A DNA stretch of 60,119 bases, the filler included, from Squatina squatina (Eukaryota): NCBI GenBank assembly GCA_031763465.1. It is 3 parts of 3 records of this genome, joined end to end, with 100 filler letters (N's around TTAATTAATTAA, not from the genome) between each part and the next. Parts side by side here need not be neighbours in the genome. Positions count along the whole stretch, not along the records: positions 44,057 to 60,119 come from JARFOE010000100.1; 2 more parts are not named here. One strand, 5' to 3'. The position numbers and the translations under genes were made by a program. Below are positions 48,732 through 60,119 of the stretch, in pieces; within the stretch, counting starts at the first letter, position 1; each line of letters begins with the position of its first letter. The notes beneath the pieces are model-generated. The model made no database searches, was not told where the DNA came from, and worked only from the letters and a program-made list of their open reading frames with translations.

Positions 48732-51700
48732 ATAGATCTCAAATAATCAGCGCTGTTACAGTTCTGAGGTCAGCAATGTGTCTGAGGTATATTGCAGTGC
48801 ACTGGAGTTAAATCATATGTTTTAAAATTTGGTGTTTGATTTTAAGCCCTTGTTTGTTTTTCTGTTGTCTGGAGCTGAATGTCTACATGTATAGAGGGCT
48901 CTTGCGAAGGGTTGAACGGATTTATAATACTTTGAAAACCCACTGTGTGTGCACTGAACAATCGGCCTAGTGTGGCAGCAAATTAACCCAATTTTCCATT
49001 GCTGTCCAGCTCCATCCACTGAGAAGCTTTTCTTTACAAAAACATCCCTGGATTCAATAGAAATTGGAATTATTTTTTCAAACACAGTCAGACTCTCGCG
49101 GGTCACAACAAAATGTCAGGCTGCTGGAGGCGGAGACAGCACAAAGCAGCTCTTGTGTACTAATTAGCACCTCAGCCTGTGGTTGCTGTGTCCACACAGT
49201 GTGCAGGAGACCTTTATTGCATTGCATATTCTAGGATAACACTCAAATACTAATGTGTGGAAAGCTAAAACCAGTTTCCTACTCTTCACTCTAAAGGTAA
49301 TTTGTCATTCTGAGGAAGCAGTTAGCTCCATGATGAATGATCATGACGTAACCTGGACTGAATGTACATGCAGGGCTTTCCTAGCAGCATACATATTGAG
49401 TCTTTTCTTTGTCCCATAAACCAACATTAATTTGAATTGNNNNNNNNNNNNNNNNNNNNNNNNNNNNNNNNNNNNNNNNNNNNNNNNNNNNNNNNNNNNN
49501 NNNNNNNNNNNNNNNNNNNNNNNNNNNNNNNNNNNNNNNTAACATGTATGCTTCAACTTTCTACCATTCCTTTTGGTTCTTAGAATGGGTGAGTGGGATG
49601 AGAGTTTCATTTCATGACTTCAACAACAGGTAACCTGATCTAAAAGTGCTTCATATTGTCATCAGATGCAAAAAGTGGAAAAGCATTTCCTCCTCAAGAG
49701 CTCTTAGCCTTTACACTACGAGCAATAAAGGCTGCACTACTGTTCATCATAATGGCAAAATTATCTGCTGTGCTATCCCTTGATAGTGGTTCTCATGTTA
49801 TGTGATCCCATTGTTCTGACTTTGAAAATCCAATTATATACATAATTGATCCATGGCAATTAGTAAACAAAGGCTTGCATTCAGGTTTGGATTGTACATA
49901 TTCATTTCCTAAATGAGCAGTATGCCATAATTTTGTTGTTAAATATTTGGATAAGTGATGCTATTTTTACCTATTTTTAATTCTTCCTGATAATATTTAA
50001 AAGGTTTTTTTATTTGATTTGAATTGTGCATTACGCCTTCAATTACACTGATGCTTCAGAATACATATTCCTACAAAATCAAATTTAATTACAATTATTA
50101 CAGAGAACCTACAGACTGCATGGAGTACATCTATTCAAAACTCCCAAACNNNNNNNNNNNNNNNNNNNNNNNNNNNNNNNNNNNNNNNNNNNNNNNNNNN
50201 NNNNNNNNNNNNNNNNNNNNNNNNNNNNNNNNNNNNNNNNNNNNNNNNNCCTAGCCATTATAGCAGGCAGCATCTGGCTATAGCCACAGCATGAAAGTCT
50301 GTTTAAACAAAATATTATTAGTATTTTAATTTTTAATAATCGTGGTCTGATTTCTGTCCATTTGCTGTGGGGGATGTTATCTCATTAAGTCTAATGGCAG
50401 AAAGTATACATCTAGGTTCTGGCAGTCTAGGTTCTGGCAGTCCAGTGACAGAGAATTAGTGTAGGGATTATATGCAAGCTCTGATAATCATTCATCTGCA
50501 CTACCTGGCTGCGAGTGGTACCTAGATATCCAATCCAATGTGATCTGATGTGGGGTAATGCTGTTGTGTTTCCGATCGGCCTAAAAGTGAATAGACGTGC
50601 AATCCTTGGTGGTCTAATGATGACCTTGGCTGTGGCCTCTGCATACATCTGAAATGTGGATCTTGCAAAGGTTGAATAAGCTGCAAGCTCTTTTCCACTG
50701 CTTGCATTATTCATTCTTTGTACATCTGTTAAAGTCAGCAGCCTTAATCTCAGAAGTCCAAAAGCTGAGTCCAGCAGCTATGCTTAAATTTTCTCCTTTC
50801 TGCCAATGCTAGGCTCCGTCAGGGGCCAGGCCTGCACCAGGGGTGCCCCAGACTATATCAGTGGTCCAAGAGAGAAAATCCAGATGCTTCTGGGCCTGGA
50901 GAAGGAGAAGAATTTGTGGCATGTGGTGCTACTGTACAGTGCCAGGGCAGGATAATTGGTCCTAAAAGGCTGACTGGAGTTAATGGTTGTCGAAAATGGC
51001 CACCACACTAACCCAAGTAAATTTGTCTGGGGGGGCTAGAGNNNNNNNNNNNNNNNNNNNNNNNNNNNNNNNNNNNNNNNNNNNNNNNNNNNNNNNNNNN
51101 NNNNNNNNNNNNNNNNNNNNNNNNNNNNNNNNNNNNNNNNNTTTAGGATAGTAAGTTTCATTTCTTCCAGTAATTATTTATGTTGTGCATTTATGTATCC
51201 AATTTTATTTTTCTTTGAGTTCCTAGTTTCTGCAGGTTCATGGTAGGAAACTCCCCATAATTCAGCGCTAATTGGTAATCTCACTGACGAGAGAGGCCAG
51301 AAGGATGGCTGTTGAGGGAAGTGGATTATTTTTAATGAGGCAAGTGTAAAGAACTTTGCAATTTAACAAAACAGCCAAAAGCACCCAGGACTCTTTCCAA
51401 TAAAATTACTGACTAAAATAATGTTTATTAAGAATTTGATACTAGAGATCCCATTAGAATTGTGCTTATCAGGAAACTGATTTGCTTAAAGTACATTTAT
51501 TTACTGCCTTTAGTCATTGTACTAATTGGAGAAAAAAAATTTAAATGAGAAGGAATTACAGTTGAGGCTTACAACAAACATGCAGCACAATTCTTCAGTT
51601 TATAGCAGAAATGGTTGTGTGTTATGTCTGGAAGAATGAAGGCTTTATGAATGAGTCAGAGATGGGGCAGTGCAATTAAGGTACTATTTACTTTTTATTT

Positions 51701-54062
51701 ATTTTTCCCAGGATATGTGGTGGAGGATGTTTTTCTGTTCATGTAATTAGAATTTTCAAAATGCTTACTTCAATTCTTAAATGTAAGGTCAATCTACAAT
51801 ATTCATAGCAATGAGCCAAAGAAGATAAATCTGTGTAACTTATTTCCATCTGGAAAGTACATCATAGCTGTAGGCTGATTTATTGTGTAACAGTTTTTTT
51901 CTATTTGCATGTTTCTTCAGTATTAAACACAATAGTCTGTAGAGCTTTGTGGAGATACGAAACAAAACATACAGCAATCATGGATTGCGAGTTATTTATT
52001 ACTGTACTATTTAGTTCCAGTAAATTAACTTCAGATAAAATCATTTCAAGCTGCCATGTAAAAAGACAATTGTACAGATTTGTGCGATAGTGAGCAGAAT
52101 ATTAATCATTTCATTGATCAGCCTGTTATAGATCCCACTGACCTCAAAATAGTCCCAATACTACTGTAATGAAGACTGCATGGTCATTGTACTCAGTTTC
52201 TCAATTTTAATTATATCTTTATCTCTAAGACTTGTTTGTTGTTATTAGGAAAATCGTTAGGTATATTTCATAATTAGTAATTACTCCCAATTATATTTAT
52301 TGTTTTAGTAAAATATTTAGACCTTTGAATATTCATCATCACCTCAATGTTAGATGTTCACATGAATAAGAAATGTTTACTGTCATTTGACAGACTGCAG
52401 AGCTTTGAGTAACATTGGCCCAGATTTTGCGATAGGAATAAGGGTAAGGTCATCAGCGGTCACCGTTATTATGGAGTAAATCGGATGGCAAATTCCATGC
52501 GCAGTTAAACACGGAAATCAGGAGGTTGCTGTCTGAGTTGCCCTGCTCCTCCACAAGCTTCGCTATAACAGAACCTCGCCAATAGATTCAGCATTAAATT
52601 ATAAGACGGGCGTGACATTGTGGTAGTTATCCATTAAACACATCGGAAAAGGTTAGGGCTAGCGCATTCAGGTGTAAATGAATTTTTAACAGCGTGATAA
52701 GTATTAATTACTGCCAAACAGCTTCTCTTGCCCTGAAAATTTCATTTTATAAGCGTGGAGTCTCATTCCTTCAGAATTGAATTATTGTTGGAGATTTTTT
52801 TTTAAATGTAAAATTCAAATTATTTTTTTTCTTTCTGTCTCTTTTCTCTCTCTCAATTCCACTTTTCTTTTCCTCTCTTTATTTTGCTTTCTGATTTTGA
52901 TTTTACATTGTATTAAATATTCTAATTTATACCTCTGGTTCAGATTCTGCGGGGNNNNNNNNNNNNNNNNNNNNNNNNNNNNNNNNNNNNNNNNNNNNNN
53001 NNNNNNNNNNNNNNNNNNNNNNNNNNNNNNNNNNNNNNNNNNNNNNNNNNNNNNTCGAGTCGGACGTGCACTGCCCATCATATTAGTACAGGAAAGAATA
53101 TGGGTGTTCTGTGCCCGCGCCTGAAACAGGCGTTAGGACCTTTGCATATATAAACAAAGAGCCTAACTCCTGTTTAAATCCCCTTGTACAAATCTGTGTT
53201 TCCCTGAATACAGTCAGTGTCGGGCCAGCTATGTCAGAAAAGCCAGGTCTACATGCGGCCTCCTGCAGGTAGCCGCCAGTAAACTAAGTTTGTAAAAACT
53301 ACTTACCTGCATGTGAAGCCAGGATGAGCAGGAGTGCTCCTTCCAACCCCATACTGAAGCTGTGGGCCATTACTCTCACAAAGCCTTCTGTCCATCACCT
53401 CAACTGCTGTCCCCCACCCCGCCATCCCGACCAGCGCCTTGCCACCACCCTCCCATCTCCCACCTTTCTCGGTTGTCCTCCCTTTCCCTGAATTCTCCCT
53501 CTCGATAGTCCCTCCTCGCCCTGTCGCACCACCACCACCACCCCCCCACCCCCACTCTGATCTGCCTCTCAGCACCACAGCCAAAGGGAACTTCGTAAGG
53601 ATTCTATTATTTGAAGCTTTAAAACAATCTCGTATGTGTGGCAGAAAGTTGGGAGACAATCTGTCTCTGACATATTGTTCCCTACGATTATTTCTTTGGG
53701 GGATATTGTTTTTGAAATTAGTTTGCAACCAATTGTCTGGAGATAAGCTGCAATATTTATTAAGATTAATAGATGACCTTACCTGAAAAGTGTATTATAT
53801 TGCAATCGGTTACACAGTAAGGATATGATATTACATCAGATGTGATTCAGTTGCTAGGAACAGTGATTGGTTTCCTACTTGCCTCTGAGTCCCCACAACT
53901 AAAGTCCCTCATGTGCCATTTGGCAGTCATAATAGATAAGGCTGTCTTCGTTCTAAATATAANNNNNNNNNNNNNNNNNNNNNNNNNNNNNNNNNNNNNN
54001 NNNNNNNNNNNNNNNNNNNNNNNNNNNNNNNNNNNNNNNNNNNNNNNNNNNNNNNNNNNNNN

Positions 54063-54526
54063 ATCCATACTTGAGCTTTCTGAGTCACTGCCACTGTGCT
54101 TGATCTGAAGGTTATAATGTAATAAACTAAACTCTTCGAAACACAAGCTTCCATCGCCATCTGGGTCTCTGCTAGTCCAGGAACTAATCTGGTTTTCACT
54201 TTCGTGATGCTTTTGTCCATCTGTGCATAAACTCAAATTTAGCTCTGTGTCAGTCTCACTACCTTTGTCTCCACTGACTGGCTGAATTGACAATTTAGTG
54301 GTGAGCAGCTGGGGTGTAGAATTGACTTGCTTTACAATGGAGGACTCCAATTTATTATTGTCTATCTGTTCACTTCGCGGAAATTTGACCAGTGTTGTAC
54401 CCAACTGGTCACTCATATGTTGTTTATCAGAATCCTGTAGATACAGGGGACTGCTGCCTAACTGCAACACTGCTGAACAGGTCCTCTCTCTCTCAGGCCC
54501 TGTAAGCAGCTGTCCCTCGAGCAGCC
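54063..54526 (-). CDS. Candidate large Ser/Gln-rich exon of unknown gene, truncated by gap
   Basis: Strong acceptor tttttcccattgttttccacag followed by ~154 stop-free codons (LLEGQLLTGPERERTCSAV...SDSESSSMD). Confidence 0.6.
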
Positions 54527-55908
54527 CTGTGGAAAACAATGGGAAAAACAGTGGATACAACTGTTATATAAACATGCTTAATTATAGTAAATGTTAAAAT
54601 GGATTATGCTGCAGAATCAATGTAATTGCATATTGCAGTTGTCAGAGTTACAAGCAAAAAGGCTCTATCTTAATATTTTTTACAATGAAGGAACAGTAGT
54701 TAATCACAAGAGAGTAGATCTGAGATAATGTAGCGGAATGTTTTGCCATGCTGCTGTTGTCTACATTATTCAAGAGGAGTCAATGCATAGTACCATTATT
54801 TTTATCTCAACTACTTGTGATTTCTCTGAATGACATGATATGCAAGTCAAGGAAATCTTCATTCCGTCAATCGCCACGAAATGGAGCCAGGTTTCATGAT
54901 GAAATCATAATGCCTTTGATTAAGTGCCATCGGTATCTGCAGAGGATTTTGCTTAATTAATGTAAATGCGGGTTCTCTTCAGCTCAGAGATATTAAGCTA
55001 ATTTGTCTCGTTGGAGATTTGGAACAAAGGATTTCTGACAAAGACCGCTTTCCTGTTTGCACAACTACCAGAGGATTGACTTGAATTGATCGGAACTAAA
55101 GGTACATCTTACTTTTAGTAATAAAATAAGACAACCATAGACAATCATATTAGTTTTGAAATTGAATTCAAGGGGAAGTGTCTGTCAGAAATCTAAGTAG
55201 AGTCAACATACCAAAGGAAAGCCACTGTATTAAACTTTTCCTTGTCACATACGTGAATAATCACTTCTGGATATTGATATTCCGAGCTGGATATTCATAC
55301 TGATCTGAGCCTGCCGTTTTGAGACTCTAAGAATCAAGCAGTAGATCACAGATGGATGTGTTCTGTCTGAAAGAGTTGGTGGCAGGCTCTGGATTACAGC
55401 TTGTTAGAACACACTATTCTTTTGAGTACATAGATGATCCAATTTTTGCATTGTATTCAGACCCGTGGACAAAATGGGATTAATTTCCACTTAGAACTGC
55501 ATTAACTGGTATTTCAGGCACTGGGAGTGATTTTCACCCAACCCACTCGGGTAAAAACCGGTGGGCAGTTAAAATCGCCCAGGTTAGCCTCCAGGAGCTC
55601 ACCTGTGATTTTAACTTGCTCAACTGGCACCAAGTACTCCACCCAAAGCTGTTGGGGTCTTTTGTTAACCCTATGCATGTCAAGACCCGATGACATAGTT
55701 GGGATCCAACTTCACTTTTACTGGACAGCTTCCCAACAACTTCCTAGCCAGAATAAGTAGAAAGTCGGCCAGCAGGATTTAAATGAGGCCTGGGAGTTAA
55801 AGTTCCCCAAACCTCAATTTTGGAACAGTGGGTGGGTTTCTAACTCGCACTGTTGCTCACTCATCAAAAATTGGCCCGCAGTTAAAAGCAGGGCGGCTGT
55901 TTTCGACA

Positions 55909-56084
55909 GGAGTACCTTTAACCTAACCTGCCTGGCGGAAAACTGATGGGATCGTATCAGCCACGTGTTTTACACCCCGCTCGATTTTACTTTCCAAATG
56001 CAAAGTAAATCGGGCGGGGTGTAAATCGGATGGCCAATCTAATCCTGTCAGTTTCCATCAGGTTGGTCGGGTTAAAATTAGCCC
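55909..56084. mobile_element. Fold-back (hairpin) MITE
   Basis: tttacaccccgctcgattttacttt (from 55969) pairs with aaagtaaatcgggcggggtgtaaa (56002-56025); pairing continues imperfectly to the ends. Confidence 0.65.
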
Positions 56085-58535
56085 TAAGCATCTGCAACTT
56101 TGTTTGCCAAATTGCTGCCAAGTTGAAAATTGCATTCTTGGCTTTGAAGCTTGTTTTGACAGACTGAATGCCACGTTGTGTTTTCTGCGATGACTTTAAC
56201 TCAGTGGTAAATTTTCACCACTAGCGGACTAAAAACAGCAACTGAGCCAATTACAACAGAATAAATCCAATCCAGCAAGTAAGTAAAATAATCCTCCTTG
56301 TGATTGCTGAAAAGCCAACATGAACATACAAACTGGTGTTGAACCAGTTACTTGACCAAGAGCACTGACTACAGTGATTGGCTTTTATTTGCCCATTGAA
56401 ACTGAAGAACTAAATTTTCTGCCCCTTTAGTTTGAATGGCTAGCAACTCTAGTACGTATGGCTCATTATGTCTTTAACTAACAGATAACACTTATTGACC
56501 ATTAGAATAAACAGGTACATAAATATACCTGCTGCATACTAGAGCAAGCCTTTACTGTACTCAAAGATTTGGGGCCCCAATTGGTTTGCCTTCATTCCCG
56601 GGTAGCACCGATCAGTGACGCAACCCTGGTGTGAAAGCAGCGTAGAACACAAAAATTATCATTTTAGNNNNNNNNNNNNNNNNNNNNNNNNNNNNNNNNN
56701 NNNNNNNNNNNNNNNNNNNNNNNNNNNNNNNNNNNNNNNNNNNNNNNNNNNNNNNNNNNNNNNNNNNCACCTTCTCAAGGGCAACTAGGGATGGGCAGTA
56801 AATACTGGCCTTGCTAGCGATGTCCACATCCCGGAATGAATAATTTTAAAAAAGTCTTTATTCTAAAGAGGTTCGAGACCCAATACCCAGGGCTCCTCTG
56901 ACCGCTTGATTCAGATGCAGGTGCTCCTGGATTTCTAGGCCTATGGCTCTCCCACCCATTTATTGTGGGGATAAGATCAGTAGACAATGATCATACAGCC
57001 CTTAGGAAATGCAAAGGGAAATGGAATGGAGGCAATTTTGGAGCTGTCTCGGAAATTGATATCCAGTGACATGACGTATTGTACAATACTGTGAAATAAT
57101 TTCTTTACTGTAAACTATTTAGTGCTCTCTCTGGGTTAAATATGCATTGACCTACTGCCATATTACATTATACTAAGTTGAAAACTTGCTAACATTCATC
57201 CTGATCAAATATATCTGAACCCATTTACTCTAGTTAACATGTATAATCCTCATTTATGACACACAGGTCTCAATATTCAACATAGTTTGTTGACCTAGCA
57301 AGAAATTCATCCTTTTAGCTTCAACCATTAAACCTTCATCCTATTTGACACTTTGATCAGGGCTGGAATTGCCTAATAGCAAATAAGCACTCTCAGCTTA
57401 GACCTCTAAGTCAACCTCCAGAGCAACATATCTGCTATATTTAGAATAAGATGCAAGGTCTGTTCTCCTATGTAAAATTAATTCTTGCCCTGGCAAAAAC
57501 CTATTTATAGATTGGAACAAAATGCTCTCTGTGCTTTGTGCTGCTAACTGGTTCTGTTTGCACTGCAAATTACATTTTACATTAGTCTGATACACTATAA
57601 ATGAAGCAATTCAAGCAAAAATATAACACAAGGAAGACAAGGCAAATGATAAAATAATTGCAAACACACGTTTTCAACAAGCAGAGCCTAGTGCCATACA
57701 AGGCTTTTGCATAGATACTAGATAACAAACAACTGACTGCAATACTGACAAGAAAATTCCATGCATGGTCTGATCAATTAATTCATGAACATCAAAGTGA
57801 TTGAGTTAGTTAAAGTGAGCTCATGAGAAATATAAAGCATATTAGTTAGCCATTCATTATTATTTTTACATCACGTTAGATTATAGTTTAACTTAAATTA
57901 TACGTAAGACCATAAGAAGTAAGAACAGGAGTAGGTCATTCGGCCCCTCAAGCCAGTTGGATCATGGCTGATCTGACATTCCTCAAGTCCACCTTCCTGC
58001 CCTTTCCCCATAACCTTTGATTCCCTTACTGATTAGAAATCTATCTATCTCAGCCTTAAATATACACAAGGACTCAGCCCCCACAGCTCTCTGNNNNNNN
58101 NNNNNNNNNNNNNNNNNNNNNNNNNNNNNNNNNNNNNNNNNNNNNNNNNNNNNNNNNNNNNNNNNNNNNNNNNNNNNNNNNNNNNNNNNNNNNTAGCACT
58201 CTCACCTCTGAGTCAGAAGTTTGTGGCTTCAAGCCCAACTCCAGAAGCTTAAGCACACAAATTCTATACTGATATGTCAGTGTAGCGGTGAGAGAGGGCT
58301 ACACTTTTGGAGGCAATGTGTTTCAGATGAAATATTGGTCTAGAAATTTGATTGCACTGAAAACAGGTGCACAGGAGGCCACATTAAATTGGAGCTGGCA
58401 GATCATTATCTCAGGCATATCTGTGGATTTGTTTGGGCACAGCGAAATGAGGCTTCATTGATACTAATTAAAGGCAGCCAACACCTCTTAAAGGAGAGGT
58501 GCAATCAGGCTGCAGATAGCAGTAAAACTTTGCAA

Positions 58536-58781
58536 ATGGAGAAATGGCAGCAAGAGGTTCAGAAGGCCACCAGGTTCACTGATGAAGTATTGGAGGCCCT
58601 GGTTCAGGGGATGGACAGGAGCGGGGAGATCCTGTTTTTCCCAGGGGGCAAAAAGCCCCCCAGGCAAGACCTCCATTGCCAGTGGGAAGAGATTGCTGAG
58701 GATGTTAATGCCAGGACCTTAGCTCCTAGGACAAGGCTATTATGCCATAAAAAGTTCAATGACCTCACGAGAGTTGTCAAG
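58536..58781 (+). mobile_element. PIF/Harbinger-type Myb/SANT-like DNA-binding domain exon
   Basis: 82 open codons: RFTDEVLEALVQ...LF...WEEIAEDVNA...RT...KKFNDL; ends AAG|gtgaaa. Confidence 0.75.
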
Positions 58782-60119
58782 GTGAAAATCTTACCTCTCA
58801 CCTCAACTGCTCTCTCATCACACCCACCGCATCACTACTCACAATGCTTTCCTCTCTCACTTCCCTTCCCATCCTCTCTCCCACCGTTCCTTCCTCTTTT
58901 CTGCCTCCTCCCTTGTATCTGCTTCCTCCCCCTTAGTTAATTGTGATTAATGTACAGCCCTACTTTTAACACGGTTGAACACCAATAAAAGTATTAGTAG
59001 TTGTTAACGGTAATTTTACTGTGAAGTAAACACAGGTGGAAGAGATCTTATATTGTGTAATTTATAGCCTGTCTGTTTGCTCAGATTACTCCACATCCTA
59101 GTTCAGCACACTACCCTGATGAACTGTGATTTGTCTAATGAATCTATACATAGTCCTCCGGTAAACAAATGCCTGCTTCAGCGCATCAAATAACACAAGG
59201 GCGATACAGGCTTATTTCCAGTACACTATCATCTCACCCTTCAGCTGCCCTTAATAATAAACATATATTTGAATATGAACCGTACTGAATTATAAGGATT
59301 TATTCACTGTAAAAAAAATATATATTTTGAAGGTTTCTTTTCGGGCGAAAAGGGGATAAGATTTACAACTAACTTACACCAAAGAAAGAATAAACTGGTC
59401 CGGTTTGAAAGCACAGTTCTGCACTGTATTTCAATCAGTAAACCTTAGCCGTTTACGAATTGATTGGCCACCTCGAACATACAGCTCAATGGGTTGACAT
59501 TGCTATTTTTAGAAAAAATAATCTTACAATGGCATCCCATTACCAACCTAACCTTGGGTGGTTACTATGTGATAACAAAAATTAGAACTTTTATATTCAT
59601 CCTCTCTTGTGAGTATACAATGTGTAAAGAATGCACATATGCAAGTATTGTAACTGTGAATGGGGGAGAAAAATCAAGGACATCATAACTAGAAATTTTC
59701 AATTAATTTACAAAGCTTATTAATAGAAGTGTTCTGAATCTAACCCAAAAAGAAAAACTGATGTGAGCTGAAAAGTAATTTTCCTTAAGGGACATGCAGA
59801 CACATGCAGGTATATACATGGGGAAGTACACGAAGACCAACATAAATATATAGTCAGACATACATATACCCAAACTACCCATTTATTCAGCTACGCATCT
59901 GCTCGCTTCGTCTGCAATCGCCCAGTGACTAACTGTTCTTTTTTTTCCCCCATGTAGCCAAATTCCCCTTCCAGCATCATTGATTCTGCATAGTAAGATT
60001 AAAATAAGATTGTGAATAGGGAATTGTAAAGTGGAAATTAATTTGTATTTCCTAAATATATGACCTTGCGGGCTGTATTAAAATACATGTTTGTCAACTG
60101 AGTCCTTGATACTAGCAAA

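Noticed and set aside
50411-50442. 15-bp tandem duplication tctaggttctggcag
   Set aside because: Ordinary slippage-type duplication with no functional signal.

Overview
Eukaryotic (vertebrate) DNA, most consistent with a cartilaginous fish (shark), judging from Deu-domain tRNA SINEs, CR1/L2 LINEs, Harbinger-type and Penelope-like repeats. The window is not a contiguous locus. It is dozens of short contigs joined by mostly 100-N gaps, and two gaps contain a synthetic TTAATTAATTAA linker. Separate contigs carry isolated exons of unrelated genes (SMARCC2, PLXNC1, RALGPS1, RPS6KA5, ZNF148, TENM1). The most unusual structure is in the gap-free contig 6091-12233: a mucin-like gene segment built from tandem ~145-bp exon+intron units. 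Each unit has a 57-nt phase-1 symmetric exon encoding a Thr-rich repeat (PTTTTVTGTPTTSETTIT), and the cluster is itself duplicated ~3 kb apart. The ORF track does not show it. Also seen are hammerhead-ribozyme core motifs in Penelope-like repeats, a CR1 copy with a twin-priming-like inversion, and several MITE families. Gene and repeat names come from my recollection of known sequences, not from a search. Repeat boundaries are approximate.
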